From Rhizaria sp. SCN 62-66 (lineage: Eukaryota), in assembly GCA_001724265.1 (NCBI GenBank), contig MEDY01000136.1, positions 1 to 64,000 of the forward strand: a DNA stretch of 64,000 bases, in the 5' to 3' direction. The stretch's first letter is position 1, and the number at the start of each line of letters is the position of its first letter. The notes below the pieces were generated by a model that saw only the letters and a list, made by a program, of their open reading frames with translations, was not told where the DNA came from and did not search any database. This document shows positions 61,152 through 64,000 of this stretch, piece by piece. The translations under genes were made by a program, and so were the position numbers.

Positions 61152-61884
61152 AGCAAAAGCACTCCTGTTGTTACTGTGCTCTCCTTTTCTTGTTTCTGTC
61201 CTTTTCTTGTTGCTTGGTGTCTTTTTCTTCTTCTGTTCTCTTCCTCTTTCTCTCGACTTGTCCTTGCTTTCTTTTGTTTGTGTTGTGGAGTGCTGCTGCT
61301 GCTTTGTTTGTGCTTGCAGCGCGATGCCGCAATGTTGGACCGAGAGAGAGAACAGAAAGCAAGGGAAAAAGTGTGCCGAGCACCGTACTTTTCGACAACG
61401 CTGCGATGCTTACGCCAGCAAAGCAAGCGACAGTGCTGCATATTACAACACTTTGACACGACCATGTGTTGTCGTGTGTAATGTGTAATGTACACTGTTG
61501 CTCTAGTGTCCTTTCAGTGTTAGAGAAAGTTAAACCTTGTCACGATAGTTTATAAATGTTAGTATGTTTCCTTCTGCTTGTTTTAGTTAGTTATCTTATA
61601 CGTAATACGTAATATTCTTTCTTCATTCCTACTTATACAAAGCAAAAATCAATATCGGATCGTACTTTAATGCGTGATTTAGATTGGAGAAGCTTCGTCG
61701 TAATGTATTGGCTATAGGTTTATATAACAGTCAAAGAATGCAACAACGGTACTACGCGTCGTTTGGGAAGGATAACTGGCCTTCCACTGTACTTGACGCA
61801 CACACGCATTCGTCAATCGTCGTTTAAGTACGCACAGCTTTGATGCGATTTGCTTGCTTGCTGTCGCGGCCCGCCGGTCGCCGC

Positions 61885-63592
61885 TCACTGCTTGGCCATG
61901 GTGGTGATGACGGCGTTGCTGCGGTTGTTAGCCCCGTTGACGGCGCCGACCGCGAGCGGGGCCATGACCGCCGCCGACGGCAGCGACGACGCCGCGGGCG
62001 CGTAAATCGACTGCGTCTGCTGATGCGCGCCGCCATCGGCGCTGGCGACGCCGCCACCGCCGCTGAACTGGGCCTGCGCGAGCGCGTTGCGCGCCGTGGC
62101 GGGCTGGTGGCCGGCGTAGCCGACGACGCCGCGGCGGATTGTTGCCAGCTGGTCCGTGTTGTCGAGCCGCGCGCGCGCCTGGCCGGGCGGCGCGTGGCGG
62201 AGCGCGTGCGCGCTGCCACTGTCGCTGTCGCCGAGGCGCGCGGCGGGCAGGTGGCCCGCGTAGCCCGCGGGCACACCCGGGAAGACCTTGCTCGTGCCGG
62301 CCATCAGGTCCGCCGTCGAGTAGGGCAGACTCGCCGCCGTCGCGGTGGCCATGAGTCCGCCGGCGTCGGCGCCCAGCGGCCGCGTGCGCTGGCGCGCCGT
62401 GAGCGGGGAGATGCCGGCCAGCGAGCCAGTCCCGGGTTCGCCCGACACGCGCGCGCGCGAGAAGGACCGCGCGAGCGCGTCGCTGCCCACGGCGGCCGCC
62501 ACGGCCTCCGAGTGCGCCGCGAGCGCCGCCGCCGGGTCCGTGAGGTCCTTGCGGTAGCTCGATTGAGCCTCCGAGGGCCACAGCGAGCGCGGCGGCACGC
62601 TCCAGCGCTGCGTGAACCCGAACGACTGCGTCACCGCGCGGCCCGCGCTCGCCGCGGCCGCGCCGGCCGTCGCGCCGGGGTTGCCGCTGCCGTAACCGCT
62701 GCTGTTGACGGCTCCGGTGGCGATGAAACCGACGCCGCCGCTGCTGCTGCTGCCTTCGTCATTCGCACTGCTGTAACTGCTACTGCTGTTGCCCGCGCCG
62801 TCGGCGTGCGCAATCTGCCCCGCAGTGCGCCGGACGAAGCCGGGCCCGCGCAGCCCCGCGCCGCGGAAGCCAGTGTAGTAGGCGAGCCCGTCGTTGCGCG
62901 AGGAGCGCGCGTCGAGGCTCTCCTGGCGCGGCAGCTGGGCGGAGAAGCCCGCGGGTCGGCGCGCGGCCAGCGTCGCGCTGTACGTCGTCTCCCACTGCGC
63001 CGCGCCGGGCCCGCGTGAGCGGTCGCGCGCCTGCAGCGTGTGGGCCGTCGTCAGCGTGTCGAACTGCGTGAACGCGGCCGACTTGGCGGGGACAGGCGCG
63101 GCAGCCGCGGCGGCGTCACCGTCGGCGTCGCCGTCGGCCACGGCGGCGGCCGCGGCGCGGAGGCGCGTCTGCGTGAGGTTGGACTTGGACATGGCAGAGC
63201 TGGGGCAGGTCCAAGGCCGGTGGCAGAGCCCGTACTCAGAGCGCGGCGGCAGCGCGCCCGCGGAGTAATTCTCGGGGAAGTAGGCCGAGCGCTTGCTCTG
63301 CGTGCCGTGCGAGTTGGACACCCACGTCGTCGAGTCCATCAGAGAGCTGCGCAAGTGCGTGTGAAAGATACGGGTGATGAGGGAAGATGAGAAAGGTGTT
63401 GTGAGTGTGCGTGGGTTTGGGATTCGAGACTAAAGAAGATAGCTTCTGGAGAGGATGATGTGATGCTGTTGTGACGTACTTGGGGCGGTGCTCGAAGTTG
63501 CCATACTTGAGGGCGGGGGCGTCGATAGGAGGAATATAGTCCCGCTCGAAGCGCTCAATGTGTCCCGTGTAGCCGGGGAGTTGAGACGACAT
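61885..63592 (-). CDS. GY(T/A)GH-repeat protein, probable ciliary microtubule inner protein (FAM166/CIMIP2-like), 2 exons, ~524 aa
   Basis: Exons 63592-63480 and 63346-61885 join in frame. Repeats LPGYTGHI, PAGYAGHLP, VGYAGHQP and YYTGF, plus WETTY. Ends TGA. Confidence 0.6.
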
Positions 63593-64000
63593 CTCTGCAC
63601 GATGCACGCGGTTGCCCAGAGAAGTGAGTCGTCAGTGCGAAGCAATGACCCAACACAAAAGGATGCAGGGGGGGATACAGAAATGATGTTGGCGTGATAT
63701 AAATGAGGACAGTATAAAAATCAGTGCGAGTAATTTGGAAATGTTTGTAACTGTGAGTTCAACGGTGTCTCTGGACCTCCACATGAGGTGAAAGTTAGCT
63801 GCCGTTACGTCTCTCAACCCAACCGCGACCGATCTCGATCGAGCCGTTTTGTTTGATGTCTTATGTGGCCCGAAATTCGAGCATACATTTCTCCATTATC
63901 CGTCGTTATTCCCTTCTGAATCTTCGGTTTTCCTTGTTTCTTTTATTGTCTCTCAACGATGTTTCAATTATACCTCAATCTTTCTATTTTCTGAACGCAT

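Noticed and set aside
1-64000. tRNA (including a CUA suppressor), rRNA, snRNA, CRISPR array or transposase
   Set aside because: I found no cloverleaf, conserved RNA motif, repeat-spacer array or transposase motif by eye. A covariance-model scan would be needed to exclude them fully.

Overview
GC-rich, intron-containing nuclear DNA of a flagellated eukaryote (probably a protist; the lineage cannot be fixed from this window). After resolving 15 short GT-AG introns by hand, the window holds 11 protein-coding genes: a YAK1/DYRK kinase, a ~3,600-aa orphan, a JMJD5-like JmjC protein, a PHD + DOT1-like methyltransferase, RLP24, a bacterial-type TM0106 nuclease/SF1 helicase, a PX + permuted papain-like protein, beta-COP, an outer dynein arm docking subunit, NOG1 and a GYxGH-repeat ciliary protein. 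The main finding is an apparently non-standard genetic code. Four genes are interrupted by seven in-frame stops, all TAG, and each frame continues for hundreds to thousands of codons. All 11 genes end in TAA (7) or TGA (4), never TAG. This suggests UAG is a sense codon decoupled from UAA. Gln is my guess for its meaning, but the amino acid is not established here. Other observations: all 15 intron donors have C at +4 (mostly GTACGT); the nuclease-helicase looks horizontally acquired and carries five SGWExP repeats; and a ~270-nt intergenic element may be a structured RNA. All family assignments come from motif recognition by eye; no searches were run.
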